Origin: a virus
Taxonomy: Duplodnaviria > Caudoviricetes
DNA length: 61,118 bases
IMG/VR virus record: IMGVR_UViG_3300024264_000034
Location: 1 to 61,118 of that record
Direction: 5' to 3' (one strand)
Below are positions 20,075 through 27,996 of the stretch, in pieces. How positions within the stretch are numbered: position 1 is the first letter of the stretch; the number at the start of each line of letters is the position of its first letter. The notes beneath the pieces were generated by a model. The model did no database searches. It was not told the DNA's origin and saw nothing but the letters and a program-made list of their open reading frames with translations. Position numbers and translations under genes: made by a program.

Positions 20075-20104
20075 ATTATATATCTCACAAGATAGTTTGT
20101 TTCA
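20075..20104 (-). promoter_or_regulatory. Putative promoter TGAAAC-N18-TATAAT upstream of the SSB gene
   Basis: Minus strand TGAAAC aaactatcttgtgagata TATAAT. Confidence 0.55.
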
Positions 20105-20386
20105 GACTATTTGTACATTTTTATCTATTATTGCAGTAATATCTCTTTCTCTTAAACTTAATATAATTTCTTTATTGTATTTAATTTCCATGCCTGCTAA
20201 ATCATGAAAAAGAACTTTCATTCCTATTTTAAAATCAGTATCTTTAACAGATTCCCCTATTCCTATTATAGTACCTGCATAAGGTGGAGCAAACTGCCCG
20301 TCTTTTTTTAATAAAATTATACTACCTTTTTTGTCAGGTTGCTCATCCTGTTTTAAAAATATTCTATTTCCTAAAGGTTTTATCAT
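20102..20386 (-). CDS. groES: Co-chaperonin GroES/Cpn10-like protein
   Basis: MIKPLGNRIFLK, GSIIL mobile loop, GTIIGIG, IGMKVLF and LRERDITAII; 94 aa. Confidence 0.85.
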   Translation of the reverse strand: MIKPLGNRIFLKQDEQPDKKGSIILLKKDGQFAPPYAGTIIGIGESVKDTDFKIGMKVLFHDLAGMEIKYNKEIILSLRERDITAIIDKNVQIV

Positions 20387-20413
20387 TTTATTTTAATTTT
20401 TTTTATAGAAAGC

Positions 20414-20443
20414 TGAAACAAAATTACTAAGTTGCAATATAAT
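20414..20443 (+). promoter_or_regulatory. Plus-strand TGAAAC-N18-TATAAT promoter-like element facing the 3' end of the RuvC-like gene
   Basis: TGAAAC aaaattactaagttgcaa TATAAT has the same boxes and spacing as the minus-strand copy at 20075-20104. Confidence 0.45.
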
Positions 20444-20471
20444 TTTTAACTATTCAATGTTAGAAAAGTAT

Positions 20472-21131
20472 CTAGTTACTAGCTTTTAAGGCTTTAAGTA
20501 TAAAGTAGGCATCAACGATGTCATCAATGGGTTTAGGTATTTTTGTGCTGAAGTCTTTTCCTTGGCACCATTTCCAAAGTTTAGTGCTCCTTAAGCTCTT
20601 ATCATTAAGAACATCATTTTGAAATGCTTCAGCCATATAATGTTTATTAGCATTTCCTTTGCCTGCTAACTTTTTTACATGAGACGGTTGATACACTGAT
20701 AAATTTTCTATAGAGTACTTATCTATTAATGCCTTTCTTAAAAATGTATTATATTGAATGATATCTATAAATGAGTTACCTTTAGAACCATAAGAGAATC
20801 CTTCTAGCCCAACCGCTACTTTATCACCTTCAAATAGTGTAGAAAAAATTCCAACCATTAGTGAACTAATATTACCAGCATCTTCTAACTTCTGCCTCTC
20901 TCTCGGTAAAAATTCTTTACTTGTAACCTCTCTATTATATGGAAATCCTAATAGAGCATTACTATCTATTAATTCTTTATGCACACTAAACGCTTTAGGT
21001 ATTTTTCTACCTTCGTCGTCCCATATACGATTCCCGTAATTAAAAAAAGTTATAAAGTGATATTGCCCATCATTAGTTTCAACGCATGCGCCTGGGCTAT
21101 TTAAAGAAAAATCAATTCCTATTCGAATCAT
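20472..21131 (-). CDS. RuvC-like (RNase H fold) Holliday junction resolvase/nuclease
   Basis: IGIDFSLNSPG, GLEGFSYGS, KKLAGKGNANK..M and DDIVDAY catalytic motifs. Confidence 0.8.
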   Translation of the reverse strand: MIRIGIDFSLNSPGACVETNDGQYHFITFFNYGNRIWDDEGRKIPKAFSVHKELIDSNALLGFPYNREVTSKEFLPRERQKLEDAGNISSLMVGIFSTLFEGDKVAVGLEGFSYGSKGNSFIDIIQYNTFLRKALIDKYSIENLSVYQPSHVKKLAGKGNANKHYMAEAFQNDVLNDKSLRSTKLWKWCQGKDFSTKIPKPIDDIVDAYFILKALKASN

Positions 21132-21136
21132 TATAA

Positions 21137-21493
21137 TTATATTCTCTTACCGATGACTGCACCTAATGCAGCACCAACAAGACGTGAGGTTAATAAATCA
21201 TAAAGAGCACCTTTAGTAACACCTAATACTTTAGCTACTGCTTTACCTATTGTTTTCCCTAATGCAAATCCAGTTAATCCACCAAATATACTTCCTAGGA
21301 TACCTTCATTAATTATTTCTTCAACACAATCTTCTAAGTTCTTACCTTCTTTTTGTGCTTCTAATATTCTATCAACTGTTGAATCTATTGCAGCTTCCTG
21401 TTCTTCAGTAAGGTCATGAGCTTCATTCATCAGCAGCATTACGTCAGTTGCCTCATTATGATTTTCGGTTAAGTAATCTTTAAAGGTTTTCAT
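21137..21493 (-). CDS. Small protein with capsid-targeting-like leader and C-terminal glycine-zipper hydrophobic region (118 aa)
   Basis: MKTFKDYLTEN; acidic N-half ending IINE, then GILGSIFGGLTGFALGKTIGKAVAKVLG...LVGAALGAVIG. Confidence 0.65.
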   Translation of the reverse strand: MKTFKDYLTENHNEATDVMLLMNEAHDLTEEQEAAIDSTVDRILEAQKEGKNLEDCVEEIINEGILGSIFGGLTGFALGKTIGKAVAKVLGVTKGALYDLLTSRLVGAALGAVIGKRI

Positions 21494-21517
21494 TTGTGTT
21501 CTTTATTTGTTTATATA

Positions 21518-22072
21518 TTAGGTTATGTTAACTACTACATCCAATATGTTATAACCGAATGTAACGTCAAAGGTTTGGAACTCTATAGTATTACTTGAGA
21601 AGTTTAGATCTAACGCACCTATTTCTGTAATAAACATATCTTTAAGTTGAACTGTTACAAATACAGTACCATCAGCATCTAACATTTGTACACCAACTCC
21701 TTCCGGTAAATAAGGGTGCTTTCCGCTTAATTTATAATAATAATCAAACATTTCTACAGCCATCCAATAATTAACATACCCGTCAAATGCTTGCATTGTA
21801 ACAGTCATAGTCTTATCAAATAATTGTTGCTTTGGTACACTAGACCTAAATGCTCTCTGATTACCTGGATAATCTACTTGTGTAACCGCATCAAACGAAG
21901 GCCCTGGTAAATTAAGAGATTGTATTCCATAATTCCAATAATCAATAGGTTCTTTAATTAGCCCACCTGGAATTCTTGTAAGAAACGGTTTATACTTACT
22001 AGCTATTTCTTTAGGTATAAAATTTCTAGGGAAGTCAAATTTAAACTGATTATTTCTTGCGCTTAATATCAT
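21518..22072 (-). CDS. Tail-tube-fold protein, T4 gp3-like tail completion/terminator
   Basis: 184 aa; IQSLNLPG, DKTMTVTM and FQTFDVTFGY patterns typical of the gp3/gp19 tube fold. Confidence 0.55.
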   Translation of the reverse strand: MILSARNNQFKFDFPRNFIPKEIASKYKPFLTRIPGGLIKEPIDYWNYGIQSLNLPGPSFDAVTQVDYPGNQRAFRSSVPKQQLFDKTMTVTMQAFDGYVNYWMAVEMFDYYYKLSGKHPYLPEGVGVQMLDADGTVFVTVQLKDMFITEIGALDLNFSSNTIEFQTFDVTFGYNILDVVVNIT

Positions 22073-22078
22073 AATTTA

Positions 22079-23059
22079 TTAATATCTATCTCTGTCGTCA
22101 AATTCTCTACTATCCTTAATATAGGATGAGTATGAAACATCGTTATTTCCTACTGTATAGTTTTGTAAATTTTTTGAAGCTGATTTATAAAATGCAACTT
22201 TTTGCGATTTTGTTTGTGCAACTGTCGCTGCTTCACGTATGGCTCTAATTTGCTGTCTCTTTTTAATCTGTAACGTACTAATCCTTTGTGCTAATCTGGC
22301 CCTCTGTTGTATTAATCTTATTTTAGAAGATTTTAAATCTTTAGTAAGTTCAGCTATTTCATTTGTTAATTCTTCATTACTATTTTGTAAAGATTGTATA
22401 ACTACGGCATCTTCTGACGCGGAAGTTACTAATTCAGCATTCTCGGCTTTAAGTTTTGTAATCTCATCTTGTAATCTACCAAGCAATATACTATATTCAA
22501 CTCGCGCCTCTTCAATTTGTCTTGTTAAAGTTATTCTATTAGCATCGTCTACAGATAACCATATACCTTGATATAAAACCGATTCATCTGATGTTGACCC
22601 ATCAGACGAATCAATCATTTTTGTAGAAATATAAAAATTATTATTAGATAAAGCTAATATTTTTTTACTATCAGATCTAGTTATTCTAAAAAGAACTTCT
22701 CCTTGTGATAAATCCACTTCATCAACTTGTGTATGATTTAAAATATCAATATCATCTTTATCTCCAATAAAGTTTAAATATAAATTTCCAACATTACTTA
22801 GATCAATAGGTTTATCTTCACCGTCAACTTCATCATATAATGTAAAAAGATAATAATCATCAAACTGTGATATTCTTATCATACCATCACCTTGTGGTAA
22901 TGGTTCTTCATTAACTGATAAATTAACAAATCTTTGATAAAATTCCTTTTCAGTTTTAGTCAAAGATATATTAGTTCTTACACCACCGACTACCTGTTTA
23001 GTTGAGGCTTTCTTTTGTATTTGTTCAGCCTCCGATAATTTATTTTGTTTCGCTGCCAT
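22079..23059 (-). CDS. Hypothetical virion-associated protein with C-terminal coiled coil (326 aa)
   Basis: Long ORF; beta-rich N-terminus (PIDLSNV...GEVLFRI) and heptad-rich C-terminus. Confidence 0.6.
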   Translation of the reverse strand: MAAKQNKLSEAEQIQKKASTKQVVGGVRTNISLTKTEKEFYQRFVNLSVNEEPLPQGDGMIRISQFDDYYLFTLYDEVDGEDKPIDLSNVGNLYLNFIGDKDDIDILNHTQVDEVDLSQGEVLFRITRSDSKKILALSNNNFYISTKMIDSSDGSTSDESVLYQGIWLSVDDANRITLTRQIEEARVEYSILLGRLQDEITKLKAENAELVTSASEDAVVIQSLQNSNEELTNEIAELTKDLKSSKIRLIQQRARLAQRISTLQIKKRQQIRAIREAATVAQTKSQKVAFYKSASKNLQNYTVGNNDVSYSSYIKDSREFDDRDRY

Positions 23060-24416
23060 TATTCTGTGTTATTGTTTGTATTTTGACTGGGGAGATTGCA
23101 GCCTTAACTTTTATTCTATCCCTGAACGTTGTTACATAACTAGTTTTTACTACCAATTTTTCAACTATTTGTTCGGATGTGTCTGCTGATGTACTTGCCC
23201 CGCCAGTTCCTACTACTATCTGTTTTCCAGTATCATTATTAATTCTATTATATACATTGGCTACAGTTGGTACTACACCTAAATTAATTTGAATCATCTG
23301 TCTTCCATATTTCTGTGTATCAAATGAAGTTAATTTAGCATTTTTAATTATTTGTGTAGCATCAGCTTTATTGTATAATCTTAATACATAATTTATTGAA
23401 AAGGAAACTGCACTATTTGCATTTTTAATAATAGGCCTAAATAATACAGGTTCATCAAAGTCAGTGTCTTGTGATATCACTTGAAAACTAGTTTGTGTAA
23501 ATACCTGCCCTACTTGTTCAGTAACACTTATTTCATGAAATACCATATATTGCCCACCTGATGAATTTAATTGTGCAATAAAGTTACTAAATGAAGATCC
23601 TGTAACTTGCCCTGATAATTCAAAATAATCACCTGCTTCTGATTGAATTACTTGCGCATATAAATTATCATAGATATCTCTATTTAAAATTGATACAGAA
23701 TTAATTTCTTGCATTTCATAAAAACTATATGCATTTTCAACAATAGTTTCATAAATACCTGTAGCCTTGAGGGTAATAGGTGGAGTACCTAAAAATCCTT
23801 GCCCTTCAGTAATTTTATAAGCTACACCATTAGGCTGTGCTGCATCAAATAAATTATTCATAAAGAATAATGACGGGACTCTCCATTCAATATATGTAGC
23901 GTATAATTTATCAGCAATTAATAAAGGATCAGGATTAAATGTAGGTGTATCTGTTTTTAAAAAATTAATAGACGAAAGATTTAACATTACACCATCTCTC
24001 CTAGGTGCTAAAGTTTCAAATACAATCCCATCAAAACCTTCAAAACTAAATCCTGAAATAAAATGAATTCTTATTTTATCATAAGCAACGTCCAACTGAG
24101 GTGTGAATGTTTGTAAAAGATTTGCACTATCAGTTAGCTCCGGGCTATAATCATTATAAGGAACACCTATATCTGTATCTAATGAAACATACTGCGTTTT
24201 AGCTTCATTGTTAGATGCTGCCGAGATATCTCTATAGTTACCCATTATTGCTGAAACACTATCAGTATTAAAGAAATAAGTTCCTTTAGTATTAGCATCT
24301 CTCATAAGCTCAATAGGATACGTAGCAGTATTAAACGTAGTAGGTGTTGCCTGACTAGTATAAACATACTCTATAAGTATTTGCTCAGATATTTGTATAA
24401 ATCTTGATGATTCCAT
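23040..24416 (-). CDS. Hypothetical structural protein (458 aa)
   Basis: Long ORF in a structural gene run, preceded by an AATAAATA box. Confidence 0.6.
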   Translation of the reverse strand: MESSRFIQISEQILIEYVYTSQATPTTFNTATYPIELMRDANTKGTYFFNTDSVSAIMGNYRDISAASNNEAKTQYVSLDTDIGVPYNDYSPELTDSANLLQTFTPQLDVAYDKIRIHFISGFSFEGFDGIVFETLAPRRDGVMLNLSSINFLKTDTPTFNPDPLLIADKLYATYIEWRVPSLFFMNNLFDAAQPNGVAYKITEGQGFLGTPPITLKATGIYETIVENAYSFYEMQEINSVSILNRDIYDNLYAQVIQSEAGDYFELSGQVTGSSFSNFIAQLNSSGGQYMVFHEISVTEQVGQVFTQTSFQVISQDTDFDEPVLFRPIIKNANSAVSFSINYVLRLYNKADATQIIKNAKLTSFDTQKYGRQMIQINLGVVPTVANVYNRINNDTGKQIVVGTGGASTSADTSEQIVEKLVVKTSYVTTFRDRIKVKAAISPVKIQTITQNNGSETK

Positions 24417-24430
24417 TCTATTCTATTTAT

Positions 24431-25204
24431 TTACCATTGTAAAAACTTTGGTGTGTAATTTAAACCAACCCCAACATAAGGAGTAACCCCGTTACCGCTT
24501 AATCCTACACCTAGCTGTAAACCTAATCCTAGTGTTTTTCTATTTTGGTATTGTAAATCTTTAAATGCTTTACTGCTTTGATCAATTAATATACCTTCAG
24601 CACTATTAAATGTAGTACCAGGATAATCTGTTGAAATATTAACAAATAATTCTTTTGTTTTATTATCCCTAGTTAAAGCAGCAGATAAAAATATATTCTG
24701 ATTTAAGTCTATTTTAGCATTACCAAAATCTATATAAGTACCGTCAATCTCATAAGGTACAAAAACACCAACCTTTCTAAAACTTTTGCCCCATGAAGCC
24801 GTATCTGAAAATGTTAAAGCAGAATTAAAATTACCTACAACAGTATCAAGCACAGTAACTGGTACTTCTACGATTACTTCCTTAATAACAGTTTCAGTCT
24901 TAATTATAGTTAAAGGTGGCTTTTCTTTTTCAAAATCTAATTTGTCTTCTACCTCTTCTAATGTTAAACTTAATGCCCTTATCTCCGCTGCCGCATTACC
25001 ATTTTTATCTATATAGTTTTCAATAGTATCTAATGAAGCTTTCCAATTATTTTCAATTCTACTTGCCTCACCTCTAGCGGCATCAGTAGCATTACATTGC
25101 CTAAGTAATAAAATAAAAAGCAAAACAATTCCACCAAATAAAAACATCCTAGTGTTTTTTGGATCTGTTAAAACGCCAAGAATATTTTTAATAATTAAAA
25201 TCAT
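24431..25204 (-). CDS. Putative spanin-like lysis/membrane protein (257 aa)
   Basis: N-terminal hydrophobic helix ending LLRQC, then coiled coil, then C-terminal amphipathic beta hairpin LGLGLQLGVG...PYVGVGLNY...W. Confidence 0.5.
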   Translation of the reverse strand: MILIIKNILGVLTDPKNTRMFLFGGIVLLFILLLRQCNATDAARGEASRIENNWKASLDTIENYIDKNGNAAAEIRALSLTLEEVEDKLDFEKEKPPLTIIKTETVIKEVIVEVPVTVLDTVVGNFNSALTFSDTASWGKSFRKVGVFVPYEIDGTYIDFGNAKIDLNQNIFLSAALTRDNKTKELFVNISTDYPGTTFNSAEGILIDQSSKAFKDLQYQNRKTLGLGLQLGVGLSGNGVTPYVGVGLNYTPKFLQW

Positions 25205-25434
25205 TTAATATACTTCATTAATTTATTAGGAGTTACTTCAGTAGCTCCATATTTTTTTGCAATTTTATCTATAAACCTTTTTTCTTTACCTTTCATTTGA
25301 TCTACTTCTTCAAATAAACCATCTCTTTTCTTAGCTAAACTTTGAATACTTTTTTGCATTAAGTCTAATGAAAGTTGAATTTCCCTATACCTACTAACAT
25401 ATCCATTAAGTTCTTTTATTTCTTTTTTTGTCAT
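25201..25434 (-). CDS. Small coiled-coil hypothetical protein
   Basis: The track starts at 25461, but the ATG at 25434 (MTKKEIKEL...) avoids overlap with the upstream gene and is preferred. Confidence 0.6.
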   Translation of the reverse strand: MTKKEIKELNGYVSRYREIQLSLDLMQKSIQSLAKKRDGLFEEVDQMKGKEKRFIDKIAKKYGATEVTPNKLMKYIK

Positions 25435-25445
25435 TTTAAAAATAT

Positions 25446-27986
25446 TTAAATTGTTTCCCAACCGCTAACTCCTCCCTGTATTATAGGGCCGGAATCAGAT
25501 ACTATTACCCAACCCCATTGTGTTTTAGTTATCGCTTTATTCTCTTGTGTTGTTGAACTCAGATTCCTTCCTTCGTTGGTTGATGTTGCACCATCCCATA
25601 TTAAATCTAAAGTTCTTACCATTGAAGCACCGGCATTGGCGTGTGACGCAGTGGTAGTCGTATCTATTGTATGGAAACCATCATACATCAGAAAATTTCC
25701 AGTACTGAACCAGCTAGTATAAGGGGCTGTAGACGGTATAGCTATCCTATATCTAGGAAACATTATTCTTACTGTTCCAAAATATTCTAATGTCTCAAAG
25801 GTTCCTGGGATTCCTTTTGTTTCTTGAGTCCATTTTGTTGCTTGATTTTTAATTACTACAGTAAGTTTTTGTCCAGGATACAGTCCTGGGGCAAAATTAA
25901 AGTTACCTAAGTAACCCTGTTGCCCAAGACTACCACCACCTCCTAGATTATTATCATACCCTATCTTAACTCCGAAATTTAAGAAAAGCAAAGGCCTATT
26001 AAGTTCTGAAGTCAAAGGCATTGCTCCTGCTGTTGGATACGAGCTGGAAAATGTAGGTACCGCATTGATTAAATCCCATCCAAAATTATATGGTGCAACA
26101 GCAGAGCCATAATCATAAATCGGAGCATTATTTTGCGTACTATTTGTGTTATTATCTCTCTTATGTACCAATGTTCCTGCAATAGCAGTTTTATTTTCAC
26201 TAGCTGAAAAGTATTCGTTATACTCATTAAAAGATCTTACACTTATTCCTAATGAATTATCCCACGCGCCAAATCCATACGATCCAACTGGGCTTGTTGG
26301 TCCTTCATTCCCCAGTCCTATTCTAATCATTCCTGCAGATACTCCTGATATTGTTTGAGTACCACCTAACCATTCATGCATACTTGCTCCTGGTGCCATA
26401 TCTATTAAATTGGCATCTCCCGTTTTAACAAAAACAGAGGAACCGGTTGTCAATGCACCATCCACATTATTATATTGGTAAGTAGTAGCATTAGGAGGGA
26501 CTGTATCGCTGCCTAATCCTGACTTTGACCAAGTACTGTGTCCAACAAACCTAGTATGTGGTAAAAGTGGTTTAGTAGGATCGCCATTTGTATAATAATT
26601 ATAATCCATGACTATACTAGTATTAGCTAAGGCCGAAGATTGTTCATTCATTATTCTTATTTGACTATTTCCTCTAATATAAATATCACCACCTACATCT
26701 GGATTACCTGCTGGTGGAAGCTGCCTTAGATTTTCTATAAAAATATCTGCAGTGCCATCAATTTTACTTTGCTGTATTGTAATATTACCATCAGCTGATG
26801 TTGCTAATATTCCACCTGTAGCTGATCTTAATTGAATTTGTCCAGCAGGACTAGTTCCTTGTGTAGTATCTAATTTTAATTGCCCACCTGAATTTAATTG
26901 AATATTTTGATTTACAGATGATGTTAAATTAATTAAACCTGCCTGTAATTGTATAACACCAACTTGCGCGTTTTGTGCTAAGTTAACAGGAAAACCGCCA
27001 CCTGTCTGGAGAACCGTTGTGTTTACCGTACCTGCTGTAGTTAATACAAATTTGTTTCCTGCAGCATTTGAACCACTACCTACATCAATAAGAAAGTCTG
27101 AATTTTCACCACCAAAAGCTGCTGTATTTTCAATTCCTGTTTGGAATGTAATTGCTTTACCTGCAGTATATTGTTGAGATCTTTTTGGAACATTAACCTC
27201 AAAGCCTATTACTTGATTAAGATTTAGTGCACCTGTTGCTTGTTTTGTTGCTGATAAGACTAGTCTATCATCATTACTAATTCCAATGCTACTTAATTGG
27301 CTTATATCCACTTGTTCAAATCTCTCAGGATTACCTACCGTATAACCGCCATGAAATATTATTCCTCTGGCCGTTGCATCTTTCTGATGAATCATTAATG
27401 ATGCCGCTGGTGTATTCAACGTTGTGGCTATAGCATCAGGTATTATATAGGAAGAAGTTAAAGGTATACTGGGGTCAACAAACGGTGTATTAGAAACTGC
27501 ACCACCAATCATAACCGAAGGTACTCCTTCATTTGAAAGATCTGCACCGTTACCAAATCCGATAGTTCCATTATACACAGCAGTCTGTTTAGATATTTGG
27601 ATTGGTCCTCCAAAGTCTAATCCAAAACCACCACTCTGACCGTCAGGTCCAATAGGCCCCATTAGATCTATTGTTGTTATAGCCCATGTTAATCCAGTGT
27701 ATTCCCATACTTGCCCATTAAATTGCAAATAATAATCGCCTTCGAGTGGTGTGCTTGTAGGTGGTGCAACATTAGGACTAAGACCTGGTGCAATTATAGA
27801 AACATCTTCATACCAAGTAGTTCCTTTTGGTCCTCTACCTCCGAGAGGTCCTACAGGACCGATAGGGCCAGCTGGCCCTGCGGGCCCTCCACCATTAAGT
27901 AACAATTGATCAAAATTAAAATTAGTTTTATCGACCAGTTGTGAAATAGTATCCGATGCTATTATTTCTTGTATAGTGATTGGCAT
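25446..27986 (-). CDS. Putative tail fibre protein with short collagen segment (846 aa)
   Basis: N-terminal I..SD....K.N.NF attachment-like motif (shared with 38830..39480), GPAGPAGPIGPVGPLGGRGPKG, then G/T/N-rich beta sequence. Confidence 0.65.
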   Translation of the reverse strand: MPITIQEIIASDTISQLVDKTNFNFDQLLLNGGGPAGPAGPIGPVGPLGGRGPKGTTWYEDVSIIAPGLSPNVAPPTSTPLEGDYYLQFNGQVWEYTGLTWAITTIDLMGPIGPDGQSGGFGLDFGGPIQISKQTAVYNGTIGFGNGADLSNEGVPSVMIGGAVSNTPFVDPSIPLTSSYIIPDAIATTLNTPAASLMIHQKDATARGIIFHGGYTVGNPERFEQVDISQLSSIGISNDDRLVLSATKQATGALNLNQVIGFEVNVPKRSQQYTAGKAITFQTGIENTAAFGGENSDFLIDVGSGSNAAGNKFVLTTAGTVNTTVLQTGGGFPVNLAQNAQVGVIQLQAGLINLTSSVNQNIQLNSGGQLKLDTTQGTSPAGQIQLRSATGGILATSADGNITIQQSKIDGTADIFIENLRQLPPAGNPDVGGDIYIRGNSQIRIMNEQSSALANTSIVMDYNYYTNGDPTKPLLPHTRFVGHSTWSKSGLGSDTVPPNATTYQYNNVDGALTTGSSVFVKTGDANLIDMAPGASMHEWLGGTQTISGVSAGMIRIGLGNEGPTSPVGSYGFGAWDNSLGISVRSFNEYNEYFSASENKTAIAGTLVHKRDNNTNSTQNNAPIYDYGSAVAPYNFGWDLINAVPTFSSSYPTAGAMPLTSELNRPLLFLNFGVKIGYDNNLGGGGSLGQQGYLGNFNFAPGLYPGQKLTVVIKNQATKWTQETKGIPGTFETLEYFGTVRIMFPRYRIAIPSTAPYTSWFSTGNFLMYDGFHTIDTTTTASHANAGASMVRTLDLIWDGATSTNEGRNLSSTTQENKAITKTQWGWVIVSDSGPIIQGGVSGWETI

Positions 27987-27996
27987 TTCTTTTCTA

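Noticed and set aside
11972-20471. tRNA genes in the longer intergenic gaps
   Set aside because: No cloverleaf, T-loop GTTCGA or acceptor-stem pattern was found; the gaps are short and AT-rich.
20472-21131. RuvC-like gene as a TnpB/Cas12-type RNA-guided nuclease or transposon
   Set aside because: Only 219 aa, with no Zn ribbon or REC/WED-like region, no array or IS ends, and a replication-gene context that fits a resolvase.
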